DNA from: Nageia nagi
Lineage: Eukaryota; Plantae; Pinophyta
NCBI GenBank assembly: GCA_050084985.1
Contig: JBITNC010000001.1
Span: forward strand, 94,364,001 to 94,428,000
Reading direction: 5' to 3'
Length of the DNA stretch: 64,000 nucleotides
The notes beneath the pieces are model-generated. The model saw only the letters and a list, made by a program, of their open reading frames with translations. It made no database searches and had not been told where the DNA came from. The position numbers and the translations under genes are program-made. Shown one piece after another: positions 63,655 through 64,000 of the stretch; position 1 is the stretch's first letter; every line of letters starts with the position of its first letter.

Positions 63655-64000
63655 AGCACAATATTATCTCCAAATCTAGTAGAAAGAAAAAATATCATAA
63701 TATTTCTCAAGAAAGGCAAGCTATGCAATAATATATATCTCTTCTTCAAGAGTTGGGTTATGGATAGGATGGACCATGCACACTTTGGGTGGATAATCAA
63801 AGTGACACAAACGACAAAAGATCTTACGTTGCATTGAAAATTAAAACACATTGAGATTGATATGTATTAGATTCAAGATAAGGCATAATAAGGTGATTTT
63901 TATGTATAATACATTCTAACAAAGAAGTAGCTAGAAGAAATCTTCATCAAACCTTTCGTAGAGGCCCCATTTTTTCATCTTTGATAAGTGATTGGAGTGT
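63655..64000 (+). mobile_element. Host copia, piece 4: RNase H
   Basis: KHNIISKSSRKKKYH (KKQ..V..SS.EAEY-like) and LH*KLKHIEIDMY (H.RTKHIEID-like). Confidence 0.85.

Noticed and set aside
63510-63851. ORFs of 113 aa and 95 aa
   Set aside because: They straddle the solo-LTR / RNase H junction and are chance open frames.

Overview
AT-rich, strongly CpG-depleted land-plant intergenic DNA. The PPR fragments look gymnosperm-like, but that is an inference. I find no intact protein-coding gene; the window is a deeply nested retrotransposon graveyard. One old Ty1/copia element can be re-joined in domain order from four pieces (about 6987-8432, 42702-44404, 62459-62993, 63655-64000). The pieces are separated by TSD-bounded insertions: a 34-kb LTR-bounded block (8433-42696), an 18-kb Tat/Ogre-like gypsy element (44405-62453) and a solo LTR (62994-63649). 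Nested inside are a full-length copia (9995-18911, TSD CCTTC), an LTR-less sibling of it (52627-60430), a gag-only gypsy (21120-26448, TSD TTGTC), two ORF1-only poly(A)-tailed L1 derivatives and several RTE-like LINEs. Highlights: (1) this copia family has a ~3-kb leader with conserved GT...AG ends just before gag, a hairpin-rich 3' part and a variable 'cargo slot', which in one copy holds an antisense class III peroxidase exon1-intron-exon2; (2) RNA-editing PLS/DYW PPR fragments are fused twice, at different junctions, to importin-beta fragments, and a tandem array of PPR modules lies nearby.
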